A stretch of 51,552 nt of DNA, the filler included, from Sphacelaria rigidula (taxonomy: Eukaryota), in NCBI GenBank assembly GCA_964200075.2. It is 3 parts of 3 records of this genome, joined end to end, with 100 filler letters (N's around TTAATTAATTAA, not from the genome) between each part and the next. Parts side by side here need not be neighbours in the genome. Positions count along the whole stretch, not along the records: positions 17,220 to 34,337 come from CAXNAA020001163.1; positions 34,438 to 51,552 come from CAXNAA020001164.1; 1 more part is not named here. The stretch is one strand, 5' to 3'. The notes beneath the pieces were generated by a model that was not told the origin of the DNA, searched no databases, and worked only from the letters and a program-made list of their open reading frames with translations. The position numbers and the translations under genes are program-made. Positions 23,977 to 36,329 of the stretch are shown here, piece by piece; position 1 is the stretch's first letter; each line of letters begins with the position of its first letter.

Positions 23977-25215
23977 CTAGCAACCCCACACCGATCGACG
24001 TGAGTGCGGATCCAGATCCACGGGGGCTATGAACGAACCTACAGAACCAGGCAAGGTTAAATCTGCGCGTAAGCATTCAGCCTTGCGATTGACAGGTACC
24101 ACGCCTGCCGAAGAACCCTGTTCTGTACCAAGAGTCACCTGACGCCAGGGCTGCCCTTCAGCATTTGGCATCGATAGCTGCGAATCGTCGGTCCAACCAG
24201 ACCAAGTCTCCGAATATGCAGGCGGCGCTGTTACAGTCGTCGCAGCAGTAGGGAATGCACCAGATACGGATCCTACCTGACCGAGGGGTTGCGAGCTATT
24301 CGCTCCAGCACTCCCCACCGAAGTATTTGCATTTCCCACGTACACTATCCGCCCCGCTACAGACGAGCCATAAGATCCAGAGTCACCACCTGATGACGTA
24401 GTGAAAGAAACAGCAGTGGAGGAACCACCATCCGCCGCCGATTGCTTGCTACCGCGGCCGCCGCGCCCGCGTCCCTGATTGGCACGGCCCCGTCCACCGT
24501 GACGACCGCCCCGAGATCCTGATGAATCTCGCGCATTGCCCTGTGCAGCGCCTTGAGCGCGAGGCTTGGGGAAGTCCTTGATCATGTGTCCGGTGTCGCC
24601 GCAGTTGTAACACGCGCGAGTGGACGACGCTCGCGAAGAGGGCTGCTGTTTCTGTTTCTGTTGCTGTTTGCGGCGCATACCATCTGCACTTGTTGCCGAA
24701 TCACGCCGGCTATTTGCTTCAATGAACTTCCACTGGTTGGTTGCCTCAAATATTGTTTTGAACACCACCGTCGGGTTCTTGTTCCAGCCGTCAACATACG
24801 TTAGTACACTTCTAACATACGCCTTGAATTCCTGGGGCGAAATCCCGTCCACCAAAGCTATTAAAACCGACTCGGCCGGGCGTGGCAGCCAACTCCTGTC
24901 CTCCGCACAGTACATGGCTTGCACCGTTAGGTTTTCTGAGAAAAACCTTTCCATAGCTGAACTGACCATCATCGCGCGGTCCTTGACAGATTTCCCACCG
25001 CTGTGTGGCATAATAAGAACTTTACGCAGGTCTGCTGCAGCCCGCGCAGCGTCATACTTTCCGCCAGTTGTGGTATACCCGGCGTGCTGCTTCACAGCAT
25101 CAGACAATTCATCGGGGGTCATAGCCCGACCGTCCTTGTACATATCTTCGAAACACCGGTGAATATAGGTAGGAATAAGTTGACTTTCATAGAAAGCCTC
25201 ATGCACCGGATGCAT
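23977..25215 (-). CDS. gag: gag with zinc knuckle, running into the protease start (disrupted)
   Basis: 412-aa ORF with CYNCGDTGHMIKDF (CCHC with the last C lost), a Gly/Arg-rich tract and a degenerate protease motif VDLDPHS. Confidence 0.85.
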   Translation of the reverse strand: MHPVHEAFYESQLIPTYIHRCFEDMYKDGRAMTPDELSDAVKQHAGYTTTGGKYDAARAAADLRKVLIMPHSGGKSVKDRAMMVSSAMERFFSENLTVQAMYCAEDRSWLPRPAESVLIALVDGISPQEFKAYVRSVLTYVDGWNKNPTVVFKTIFEATNQWKFIEANSRRDSATSADGMRRKQQQKQKQQPSSRASSTRACYNCGDTGHMIKDFPKPRAQGAAQGNARDSSGSRGGRHGGRGRANQGRGRGGRGSKQSAADGGSSTAVSFTTSSGGDSGSYGSSVAGRIVYVGNANTSVGSAGANSSQPLGQVGSVSGAFPTAATTVTAPPAYSETWSGWTDDSQLSMPNAEGQPWRQVTLGTEQGSSAGVVPVNRKAECLRADLTLPGSVGSFIAPVDLDPHSRRSVWGC

Positions 25216-25875
25216 TGTCGCGGGAAGTTGTAGGCCTGCCGTGGCCAGTTGAGACCAGATATCATTTATGTAATTAATTCACCCATTTATGCCCACTCTC
25301 ACACGCATAACACACAACTGCTGAAAACACCACTGAATCAGAACTGACACACAACTGGATCAAGTGGGGGCAGGAAATCGATCAAACAAAATCACACGTC
25401 ATGATCCCGTATTTTCGGCACACGAAAAAGGCGTGTGCCCCCAGTAGATTTGTACTGCAAGCACTAGATCGGGTATACCTCAAATAACCTGAAGCGTAAG
25501 TATAATCGATTAGACCTATCCTCACCCTCTCATGCCTCACAATTCCCTGTGAGTTCGCGAGATTCAAACGCTGTATGTATTCAAGATATGTGATGCTTCC
25601 TCTGTCCACACTTCGCCATACTCAGACGGTTCCAGTGGTTCACCCAACACTAGCGGCGCTGCCGCCGCTTGAGCCATGTCGTCTATGCTTCAAACACTTC
25701 ACTGAGAGACTCTCACTTGACTTGTGCGTCCTCCAGCTCACGAAGCGTTCCCCAGTGCTGTGCGCTCCAAGTTGGTCTCGTCCTGTCTGCGTGCTAAACT
25801 GGCTCTCAGCTGTAGCCTACTCTCTCCTCAGCCAAACTCCTCTAACAGAGTGCCAGAAGAAGAATATCTAGATAT

Positions 25876-26133
25876 TGTAGCCTCTTCCAGACGATCTGGA
25901 CAAGAGGACCATCCACGAGGGACTCCTCCAGTAACACTGGCCTCGTGCTCGACAAGTCCTTTCTTTTAACTTGTTATTATTGCGGAGTGATCCTCTACAG
26001 CCCACATCAAGAGCTAAACAGCAAGGGGCCACACAGATGAGGGTCATCAATCCAGGATCCCCCGTTCCCTGCCACTGCTCCAATCATGCATGTGATTATA
26101 CTGAAACCTACGGTTTGGAATCATTTGTCTACA
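25876..26133 (-). repeat. 5' LTR of element 1
   Basis: Direct repeat of 20437-20694. Confidence 0.95.
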
Positions 26134-26489
26134 GTGCAAAGTGTGTCGTGGATTCATTCACCGTCCGGTCCAAAACATGGAGCTCTAAAGTAGACAGGTT
26201 CCGGGAGAAGTTAAATAGTAGACAAGGGCAATGGTCGTTCGGTGCAACCCAATTTATGCGTATTATCGCAGGATCCCAAGGTACTTTGTGATCCATAGCT
26301 AGTAGGGTTGTGTATCGATACCGAAGTACACACATATTCACCAAGGTACACGGACATATCGGCCGTTTGCCGTAACCGGCTAAAATTACGATATGCAAGT
26401 CATTATATCCCTTCAGAAAAGCCGTTGTCTGCCGATGTACAGGGTATGAGTGGTGCAGAGTAGCAGTGCATGACAGTAGTATGTATATA

Positions 26490-27081
26490 CTTCTTCTGTG
26501 CCATAAGTCAAGTCCGTTATGATCACACGGACCCTTAATCATGTCCGATGCCGTAGACGATATTTTTTCTGAAATCTTCAGTTTTTTCTTGTTCTGAACC
26601 GCGTCTTTCCCCCCCCTGTTTGCGTAGCAGCCAGCGTGCGCGAATGGCCGATAAACGATCAGTCGGACCAAAAATGGCCATATTTCACCTCTTTTCCAGA
26701 ACACAGAGAAAAAGGACGGCAACACGAAAATCGGCAAAAATTGCGAAAAAAGCTGTATCTGGCTCTTTTTCTCCGGTCCATCGCTGGCATACGACAGCTA
26801 CGCCTGGTCCGAAACCACTCTTTTACATTGCAGCCTTCAATTACTTGAAAACAAGCCAAACTCGTCAAAACTCGGCCGACAATGTACAGATCGGCGAAAC
26901 TTGGTCGAAGTTGAGCCATGTTGGACCCACTAATTCTCAGTAATTTCGGCCCAGACGTTTTTTAGCGAGCATCAGTACATCAACGGCTTTTCAAAAAGCC
27001 TAACCATAGCATCGTGGGAAACTCCGTTGGCGATATACGATCTGCCCCCCATAACGGACTGTACTTATGGCACAGAGGAAG
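26490..27081. mobile_element. Stowaway-like (Tc1/mariner) MITE, 592 bp
   Basis: TA|CTTCTTCTGTGCCATAAGTCAAGTCCGTTATG ... CATAACGGACTGTACTTATGGCACAGAGGAAG|TA. Confidence 0.85.
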
Positions 27082-27914
27082 TAGAATATTTTGGACTCAC
27101 AAGCGTGAAGAACAATTTGTAGGGAGGCGTCCACGAGATTTATGCTGATTTTAGTGTGAAATTTCCTGCGCACCCGACCCAGGAGATGACCGTTCGGGCC
27201 AATGCAAATGCCAGGGGTTCAGTGCGCGTTCGTGCTACACATTTTGTGTGGGGCACACCTGCGTTCGCGGCTGTTCGAACGGACGCGTGATCGCGGTGGC
27301 CCTGCAAAGTTTCCGGCGGGTGCTACGTAGATTTTCTCGCGCAGAGGTTTGTAGAGGTATCTCGAGCTCGAGATACCTGGTACATTACACAGTGCTTTAC
27401 AGTTAAGTATATCAGGCACCTCGAGTTCGAGATATTGTACCTCTCACAACAACTGGATCGGGCTTATTCCCAAGGGGAAAGAGGGCGCACGAACAAACAC
27501 GTTCTCGCACACAAAGAAACGTAAAAGCGGAGTCTAGTGCAACTGTATACGGCGCCCATTACTGGTGGCAGCACCGACAACCTCTCGCGCAGGAGAAGAC
27601 ACGTGAAACGAAGTCTGGTGCAGTTCGGCGCTGAATGCCGACGCGTTGTCGATTCCTGGCGCGAACGCTTCCAAAGCAAGATTGCTTCGCAAGTAATCTA
27701 TGCTGTAGTACAGTCAGTTCATGACTGCATCAAGAACAGACAATTCACGGCGCTGATTGCTAGTGCGTGGGTGCACCGACTCTATAATAATAGTGCAATA
27801 CGGCGCTGGATGCTGACGTTTCATTCTCTTTTTCTGGAGTTGAAAGCTTGTGACGCAGATGATTGCCGGTGCAAGATATACATGTAAATAGTACCGACAG
27901 AACCGCAGGCAGCG

Positions 27915-27995
27915 AAAGCAGGTCATGGGTTGAATCGGCATCAATTCCACATAAAAAATGTATGCATGACCGAGATGGACTACCCCCGCGGTCTG
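27915..27995. mobile_element. piggyBac-like mini-MITE fragment
   Basis: TGAATCGGCATCAATT...GCATGA..AGATGGACTACCCCCGCGGTCT, shared with 34650-34747. Confidence 0.65.
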
Positions 27996-28419
27996 ATGGT
28001 CAAGTATAGACAGTACAGTAACAACAGTAGTATACAGTCAGTCAAGACGGCTATAGCGACTACTGTTGTGATCTGTGACGCCAGCCAGAAGAAGAAATGG
28101 TGGATCATTGCTGTTGAGGGACTCCCCAGTCCCACTGGCCTCAGTTTCAGTTGTCAGCTTTTACAACATCTCATTATCCAGAGTGCCCTCGACAGCCTCC
28201 TAGACATGCCAGGCATCATCCCCGTGTCCCCGGCCATTATTCAGATCACCACTACCAACGGTCATTATCCAGATCACCACTACCAACTCAACGTAACGGC
28301 GTAATTTCGTCACAGCACCCCCAAAGCGCGTCGGACGAAAATCGAGCAACAACCTTGACATGAAAAACGCCAAAACGATGAGCACGTCACAACCGAACAA
28401 CAAACTCACTCGTAATGCG

Positions 28420-31400
28420 AGTCTGCATAAAAACGCAAACGATCCAAAACAATGTTCTAGATCTCAAACACGTGCGGGTGATGAGCACCAACCACTCTCC
28501 ATGGACCAGTCCACGTCGCCATCAAATTGGGCGTAAGGCACGCGTGCATACAAGACATAGCCGCCTACCTCAAAATTTGGCAGTCCCAGTCCCGACGAGG
28601 ACCCCTTACGTCTACGCGCACGTTCAGCGGCTACACGCTCCTGCACTTGAACGTGGTAACGTTCCTGTAAGTCCAAGACTCCTCGCAATGTACGCTTAAT
28701 TTGATCATCATCCAAGACATCAATTCCCCTGCCTACAAAGACGCCAACACCGCGAAAGACGTCCGAGGAGCACGACCAAACATCACGTGGTACGGCGTAC
28801 TATCATAACGACGACGATACACTGTATTGAGCGCCCATTGCACCGCAGGCAACATGTCCACCCACTCGGAAACAGCTGTACGCTGCTCGAGAAGAATAGA
28901 GCGAAGAGCACGAACTGCTTTCTCAACCATGCGTTCGCACGTGCCGGCAGACCACGGAGAATACGCTATACCGCAAACTGGTGATTAACGTGCAAAGCTT
29001 CTCGCAATCGGACTAAGGTCGCATTCTTGAAATGCGTGGCGGTATCACCCACCCACACACGCGGCACCCCCAAAGTTTTGTACCAATCTAGCAAAGATGC
29101 AGCAGTCGATTCAGCAGTACACACTGCTACTGGTTCCGGAGACACGAAGTTGCTCAAATCATCCATGCCTACCAAAATGTATCGAAACCCAGCATTCTTC
29201 GACAAACCTTGGGAAGCTAGCGGGCCACTCTCGCCCACGTACAAGAAGTCAAAATGAAGACTTCATTCGGCATGGTCTCATTGACCGTTTCACCGAGTGG
29301 GCGCGGAACCCCCTCGAGTCAGCACAGTGAAGATACTGCCGGGAAAGTTCGCGCACATGAGCTTCTATCCCCTGCCAAACACAAAACTCTTGTAAGCGCA
29401 CCGGCATCGCGGCCACACCACGATGCCCCGCGTCGCGCATGTGAGCGCAAATCATCAGACGTACCTGCAACTGCTTGTTAAAACTCGGAATCCACAAAAC
29501 GTTTCGGCCATACACAAGCACACAAAACAGACCTTCATTGTCCAAGATAGCAGTACCAACGTTTGACTCGAAAGATCGGTCCCAAGGTCTTTTCGTTGCG
29601 CTTGGCGGACAACAGATTTGGACGGCATCGAGCCATCAGGTTCACACGGACCATACACAGCCACAGCGCGCACAGGCAAAGCCGGAATATTCACCCAACG
29701 CCAAAGCAAGTCACCCCACGCGTTACGGTCACCCGAAATATGGCAAATCGAGTAACGATACTGGCCACGAACAGCTTTCCAACCCTCCAAACGTTGTGCC
29801 AACGCCTTCGACACAGGCGTAACGCACGCTTCCGTGCTAAAAATATACACGAGATTTGGGTGATCCATGAAAATGTGCACGGCATCCCACGAAAGATGCT
29901 CCAAACGACGAAAAGTGCTCACAATAGCAAAACTTTCCTTGTCAATTATGGCCCAACACAACTGCGAACCCTTGAAACTACCACTAAGGAAAGCCAGCGG
30001 TTCATGCATCATATCGAGGCGTCGTTGCATTTCAACTTTAGGTACCTGCGTGACAAAACTACCCCAATGGCACTTAGATGCATCCGGAAACATCAACATC
30101 TGAAAATCAGGACGAGGATGGAACAGCGTCACCACATGAGCCACCAGATCCTTCGCTGCCGCCCACGCCTGCAGCCTGCCCTCCGTCCACGATGCTAGCG
30201 GAATAGCCCGGTTTTTTCCAAATGCTTCGTCCGCCTCGCAGCACCCGCCATGAGTTCTTCGAGGAAAAACGCGAGGGAGCTACGATTTCTTCCATACGCG
30301 GCAACAAGGTACGCAGCCAAATCATGACCTGCAGGAATTGCATGAGTTGCGCCGCATGTCAGACAAGCCTTGCAATCTGACAGGGTCATGAGATACGCGT
30401 CCGTGCGAGTACACTTTCCCACACGACACGAGTTCACCAGCGAAAAAAGTATACTTGTGCGCAGTCGCAAAGAAACGAACACCCTCTAAACGAGCCAAGA
30501 TGGCATCAAGCGTGTCTAAAAGTTCGTCTTCCGTGTCCGCGAAAAAAAACCCATCGTCCACCCATATCTTGCATTTGAAGCCGACGAGAAGTTCTGTCAT
30601 GATACCTTAAGAATATGCCGTGGCATTCAGGACACCTTGCGGCACCCGCGTCGGGATGAATAAGCCAAACGGAGTTGTGATTGTGAAAATTTCCGGCGCC
30701 TCCTCCGCCAACGAAATCTGCCAGTAACCTTGGAGGAGGCCCAACTTGCCAGAAAAATGAGCACTAAACAAATCACGCATGTCCGACTCTTGGTTGGGCA
30801 TCACACGTGACGACTTCTCAACCTGCTCATTCACGGCCTTGTAGTCGCTTACCAGGCGAAACGAGTCCTTCTTCGGAACCGCCATAGCCGGACTGGACCA
30901 CACTGCCTGCAAGTTCCGGAACACCAAGCCGAGCGCCAAAAGGGTCGCCATGCACGACGCCAACCAACTCGACTTCACCGGATCGTACCGCCGCGGCTTC
31001 GTCTTCACCGCGGATGCCCCAGGTTTTAGCTGAACACGCATGGACTTCATGCGCGCAGGGGGATCACCCTAGAGCCCCCGACGAAACGCGTTGACGCGGC
31101 GATGAAAGATGCCGCGCAGGTACTCCGCTTTTGAGACGCCCAGGCCTTTCGCAACAGCATCCGCTACGCTCTCCTCCACCGCGACTTTTCGAGCGGACTC
31201 CTCTTCCGCCGGATCCATGAACATATCCGGACCGCGCTCCACGAAGCGTTCCACTGCCTCATCTCGCTTCTCGTTCACCTGCCCCCCAGCCTCCTGAAAA
31301 GCATCCACGGACAAGCTCACGCGACGACTGCCCAAAATGATGGGCGCCTCCGAGCGCGGACCAGGCGAAGACATACGCGTCTTCATGGAGTACCACAACC

Positions 31401-32019
31401 GCGCATACGGGTCAGCTCCAAGATCCTGAAGCGTCGGCAACCCCAGAAGAATGACGCCATCCGACCCCGGCATGATCGTAAACGAGATTGGAGGCAACGG
31501 CGCCGGTCCCCAGGAAGTAGTGCAAGTCAACTGCAGCGGAACAGTACGCTCCGTGACGGAAGTATGCTGACTCGACGCGGTGACGGCCTGCCGCGCCCCG
31601 ATCGAAAATGGGATGCGCAGCGGCACACCCGGGAGAAGACGCTCCAACATCTCTACAATCTGCATCGACAAACTCGTGAAGTGGGCGCCACGATCTAATA
31701 CAGCCCAAATCGCAATGGCTCCACGCTCCCATTGATTTGGAAGACACAGCTCTGCAGAAACGTATTTGTCCGCAAACTCCACTGGCACCTCATCCGCTGA
31801 TCGATGCGCCGCTAATCCCATTTGACGCCATGGCTGCACAAGCTGCGCAGGCGAAGACGCCCCTGAAAGTTCAAACGGCACCGCCGGCGGGTACGACCCC
31901 CAGCCAGCAGACCAATAACTTGGCGAACCTCCGACCAGCGCATCAGCAGGCGTCGCGCCTGGCGCTGCTGCCGATGTCGCCACCGGCACCACCACCGACG
32001 CCGGCGGAGTGTTCGACAC
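28420..32019 (-). pseudogene. pol: pol of element 2 (protease, RT, RNase H, integrase), frameshifted; chromodomain absent
   Basis: WAVLDRGA; FRLVSDYKAVN..GYWQI..RVPQGVLNA; KIWVDDG; MFPDASKCHWG; YILVGMDDLSNF; VWVGDTATHF. Confidence 0.9.
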
Positions 32020-33000
32020 TGTAGAAGTCGGTCCACCTGCACCACGCGTTGCGGCGCAGCAGCACCTACGGCGGTGCCAGATCCAGAACCAGAACCGTGC
32101 TGACGCTGCTGCCCCTGCTGCTGCTGCTGAGGACTCGACTGCGACCCTTTACCACCGGCGGATCCGCCGCCACCACCACCCCGATTACCTCGTCCTTTGC
32201 CCTTGTGCTGACGATGCTGATGGCGCGCGGCATGGTACTGGCCAGAGTCTCCACCGGAAGACTTTGGGCGATCGCGCGCGTATGGGCCGACCTGGCTACA
32301 TCGGCGGCAGGTGATAGTCGGGGCCCGGCCGGCTGATTTCGAGCCGTGGTGGCGCAAAGACTTTGACGTGGAGGTGGACGACTGGCCGAACACCTGTATC
32401 TTTCGCCAACCTTGGCCTCGGCCACGACGGTGTCCATTACCAGGTAAGGGTCGGCATTCCAGTTTGTTTAGTGCTGCAACTTTACAAGCACGGCTTGCAT
32501 ATTTTTTTCCGGCGCCAGCCCCTCCACCAGAGCGTTGGTGATTGCTGTAGTCGGGCCGGGAATGAACTCACCCTCGGGGAACGATATACAAGTTCCACGT
32601 TCGGATTTTCACAGAAGTATTTCTCCAGATTGGACAGGATCGGCTCCACCCGCTCTAGCATCGTCTTTCCCCGAGACTTCATGGCGACAGCTTCCACCAC
32701 GGCCGCGGACGCTTGGGCCAACTTCACCTCGGCGTCCGCCGCATGCCCAGCATGCTTTTTGATCGCCGCAACCAATTGCGGTGGGGGGATTATGCTCTCA
32801 TCATGTTCCACACGAGCAAACACTCGCTGTACATGCGTCGGCACTGGTTGAGCCATCGACACTACCTGATCTCGCACGGCACCCCCACACGCTTCCTGTA
32901 CTCCAAGTACTTGGTGTAGAAAGTGCGATATGCACTCTCGAAGTACCTATCCCCGTATTGGGGAGGTTGCCACTCTTCCTGCATAACCGCTGGCGTCACG
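31812..33000 (-). pseudogene. gag: gag of element 2, frameshifted
   Basis: Fragments similar to gag of element 1 (AIKKHAG, LEKYFCENP); degenerate knuckle CRRCSQVGPYARDRP. Confidence 0.75.
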
Positions 33001-34337
33001 GTGGACCCAGCACGCGGGCCGGTTGCCATAACAGCAGCCGGCTACCTGCGAACCTTTCGCAGGCCAGCGGACCGTCGCGAATTGTACACTTTACCCTTGC
33101 TTCGTCGCCGCACCACACGGTCGTAGGAGCCTCAAAACTCCCGCTGCGCGCAGCTTCAGCAAGCCTCCAGTCTGGATCAATCACAGGCCAACCGCCTTTC
33201 TGCTGATCACTTCAGCTTGAACCCCCTCCACGCCTCCGTGGTGAATCAGGTTGTCCCCAGCGACCAGGCTCTTCCGCCGAAATTCTTCCAGCAGGTTCCG
33301 CTAGGTACTAGCTCTAGCACTAATATCGGTATGGTGACGCCAGCCAGAAGAACTGGTGGATCACTGCTATTAAGGGACTCCCCAGTCTCACTGGCCTCAG
33401 TTTCAGTTGTCAGCCTTTCAACATCTCATTATCCGGAGTGCCCTCGCAGGCACAGCCTCCTAGACACGCCAGGGCATCATCCCCGTGTCCCCGGTCATTA
33501 TCCATATCATCACTACCAACGGTCATTATCCAGATCACCACTACCAACTCAACGTAACGACGTCATTTCGTCACAGATCTTCAAACGTGATGAGCGCATC
33601 CCACCATATACCATTCGGCATGTGGCCCCGTCCTCTCTTAGTTTGGACGTTGGAGGCTTTACCACCTTGGTATATTCGGGGTATCTGCCTCTCGGATAGT
33701 CGTCCTGTACCGCGAGGTTTTCCTCCGAGGCCGCCTGTGTAGAACAAACGTTTTACCTGCTTGCCGAGGTCAAGTTGCCCTTTTCGCAGCACAGTGCAAA
33801 ACAAGGTCGAACCGTCGCGTGTACCAAAAATAGAAAACTGGACGCAAACTCTGATTTTGCCCTAAATCGTAGACGGAACAAGCTACGAATGTAACCAAAG
33901 TCTGACAATATGTCCACTGAGCCAGCACATAGTCGCGATCATGTACTAAGCTCGTCTGCGAGAACTTCTACTCATGTTTGTGTCTTGCACGAGGACGGCT
34001 GCTGTCCGGGCACCCAACGTTATTCCGGTATTTTTCATATTCATTTTTACCTATCGTCCATACCCATCCACGCGATTTATACTGGAATGAGTGTATAATG
34101 ACCGCATCTGCAGTGCCCGAGCTTCCCGTACACGTTTATTTTGAAGTAAGTATACTACCGCCCCGCGTCTAAATTTCATCACGTATGTATACAAGGTGAT
34201 ATTTAACCCTGTGCACCGAACAGCACGGAATTCTATTTTGTAGCTGAAAGGCGACATCACCCTCAGACAATACAGTGTTTTCGTGAGATTGAGAGTAGAT
34301 GATACGATTGAGAGTGAAAAGCGGTCAATCAGTGAAT

Positions 34338-34437
34338 NNNNNNNNNNNNNNNNNNNNNNNNNNNNNNNNNNNNNNNNNNNNTTAATTAATTAANNNNNNN
34401 NNNNNNNNNNNNNNNNNNNNNNNNNNNNNNNNNNNNN
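34338..34437. other. Assembly gap with artificial linker
   Basis: N run with TTAATTAATTAA at 34382-34393. Confidence 0.97.
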
Positions 34438-34649
34438 ACGACTTATACTGCTTGCTACACCAGATGCACACCACCTAATGCGCACCCTGCACCTGAAAAC
34501 AGGATAAAACTTTCGGTCTTCGTCATGACAACCCTGCGGTTACATACGCGGATTTTCAGCAACACTCCACTGTTTCGTGCAGACCCCAGACACGTCATTC
34601 CTGACCAGCCTCATTGGTCGTTCTGGAGGCCCGGTCCCAAAAGGGTTAA

Positions 34650-34747
34650 CCCTTAGACTGCGAGGTTAGTCTTCTGTTGAATCGGCATCAATTTCAAGTG
34701 AAAAAAAGTGTGCATGATCCAGAAAGACTAATCTCGCGGTCTAAGGG
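34650..34747. mobile_element. 98-bp piggyBac-like mini-MITE
   Basis: TTAA|CCCTTAGACTGCGAGGTTAGTCTT...AAGACTAATCTCGCGGTCTAAGGG|TTAA. The left TTAA is preceded by another AAAGGG element end. Confidence 0.85.
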
Positions 34748-36329
34748 TTAAGGTGCGAATCGTTGCGACAGAGAGGCAAGCTACTCGCCCCGCACCGACC
34801 TGCCTCACCACAACTCTTGAGCGCATGAAGTTGAAGGTTGTGGTGAAGGAATTGTGATACTACAGTACAGTGCAGTAGAGTACATCCTGAAATGCTTGTG
34901 AGTTTGGGTATGGCTTCGCAGGCCCGCCCGAAAGGGTGTTGCCTCATGGACCAGTTTCCGCCCATTGTGTAAAAGAGAAACGCGGTCATCTTGCACCCAA
35001 CGTTGAGTGATGAAGCAAAAGTAGCCGTGAAGAAGATATTCATGACGGTACTTGAGCACGTTTCGGTACCCTAAAGGGTAAAACTTCATACAACAGTGTT
35101 CATCTGTGGTGTATTGCAGAACATGATCAGTTGGCATCAAATGTGGACTGACGACGCAAACATGAAATGCAAGACTATTCATGACGCACACCTGAGCATG
35201 TTCATGTTCCGAAATACGCTCAGTTCTTGCATGACTCGAACTTTTGAACTGGTCGACCCTTGCGAACGTGATTCGTTGGTGCCCGCTGCTGGCCCCGTGA
35301 GAGTTTTGTAATTTTGCGTTGCTTATGGTACAATATGCTCGATATCTACTCTCACGCTCCTGCGAGCAATGTGTTCAGAGCGTGCAGCGCATACAAAGCT
35401 TGAAATAGTATCCATTTTCCTCACACCGATGTTGCATGTCAAATTAATCCGTGTCCAACAATGAGAAATGGTTGGTTTGTGGCGCGGGCATGGCCGTTTT
35501 GCGTGACTCATTGTTGATGCAATGCTTGAAGCCAGGCCCAGGCTGGAGTTGTGACGTTAGCGTTTGAGCGGAGATCGTAGGATCATAGTACTCGGGTCTA
35601 CTGGAGGCTGATTTCATCAAGGGGCGTAAGAATACCATTCCCGCAGACTATTTCAATCAAAATGAGGAAACGATAGTAGCATGAAACATATCCATTTGAA
35701 AGGGAAAGCAAGAATAGGACACGAGCGTTCCTTCATTGGGCTTGCGATTTATCCACCGACACGATGCGATGGCACATTTGAGCCGAAAAGCAGCCGTTCC
35801 GGTTCGATTTGTGCCGAAGTAGTCGCCTCTAACTCCGAGATCTTGTCTAGCCCACAAAAACCACAAAACATTGCATACATACCCGCACACCTAACCACAT
35901 ACATGTACAATGGGGGCGGGGTGCTGCTTATTGTTGCGCGCACGATGTGATGCACACAGAATGTGCTGTTGTTGCAGTGTGGTGCGGCAAAGTGAAATAC
36001 AATCGGCAGTACTAAGAGTAAGGACTTACTTTTTGCTTGAACTGATCCAATGTGATTCTCCCCCGCTTTTCCCTGTTTCTGTACCCGTGTGAATGTGAGA
36101 TGCTTGAGCTGCAATTTTTCTCATGTCTCGGGCATGGTAATGTGGAGGTCTTGCCTTTCCGAACCAATGAAGTGGGGCCCCCCTCTGAAGTTATTTTCAA
36201 GTATTCATGTATATTTAGGGGGAAATGTGTGTATTTGCTTGCTTCACACAAATAAATGAAGCAGTTTTACCTCAACGAGCCATGTTTGTCACGTGACCGG
36301 CAAAGCCAAAGCACGGAGCGTTGTGTCGT

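Larger units (their letters stand above)
20437..26133 (-). mobile_element. Ty3/gypsy (chromovirus-like) LTR retrotransposon 1, defective, RT/RNase H deleted
   Basis: Two 258-bp TG..CA LTRs; minus-strand order gag, protease, partial RT, integrase, chromodomain; G-rich PPT-like tract next to the 3' LTR. No clean TSD. Confidence 0.95.
28074..33575 (-). mobile_element. Ty3/gypsy LTR retrotransposon 2, degenerate, GATC TSD
   Basis: LTRs at 28074-28314 and ~33333-33575 (TGTGACG...CGTCACA); GATC on both flanks; G-rich PPT-like tract; gag, PR, RT, RH, INT order on the minus strand. Confidence 0.95.
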
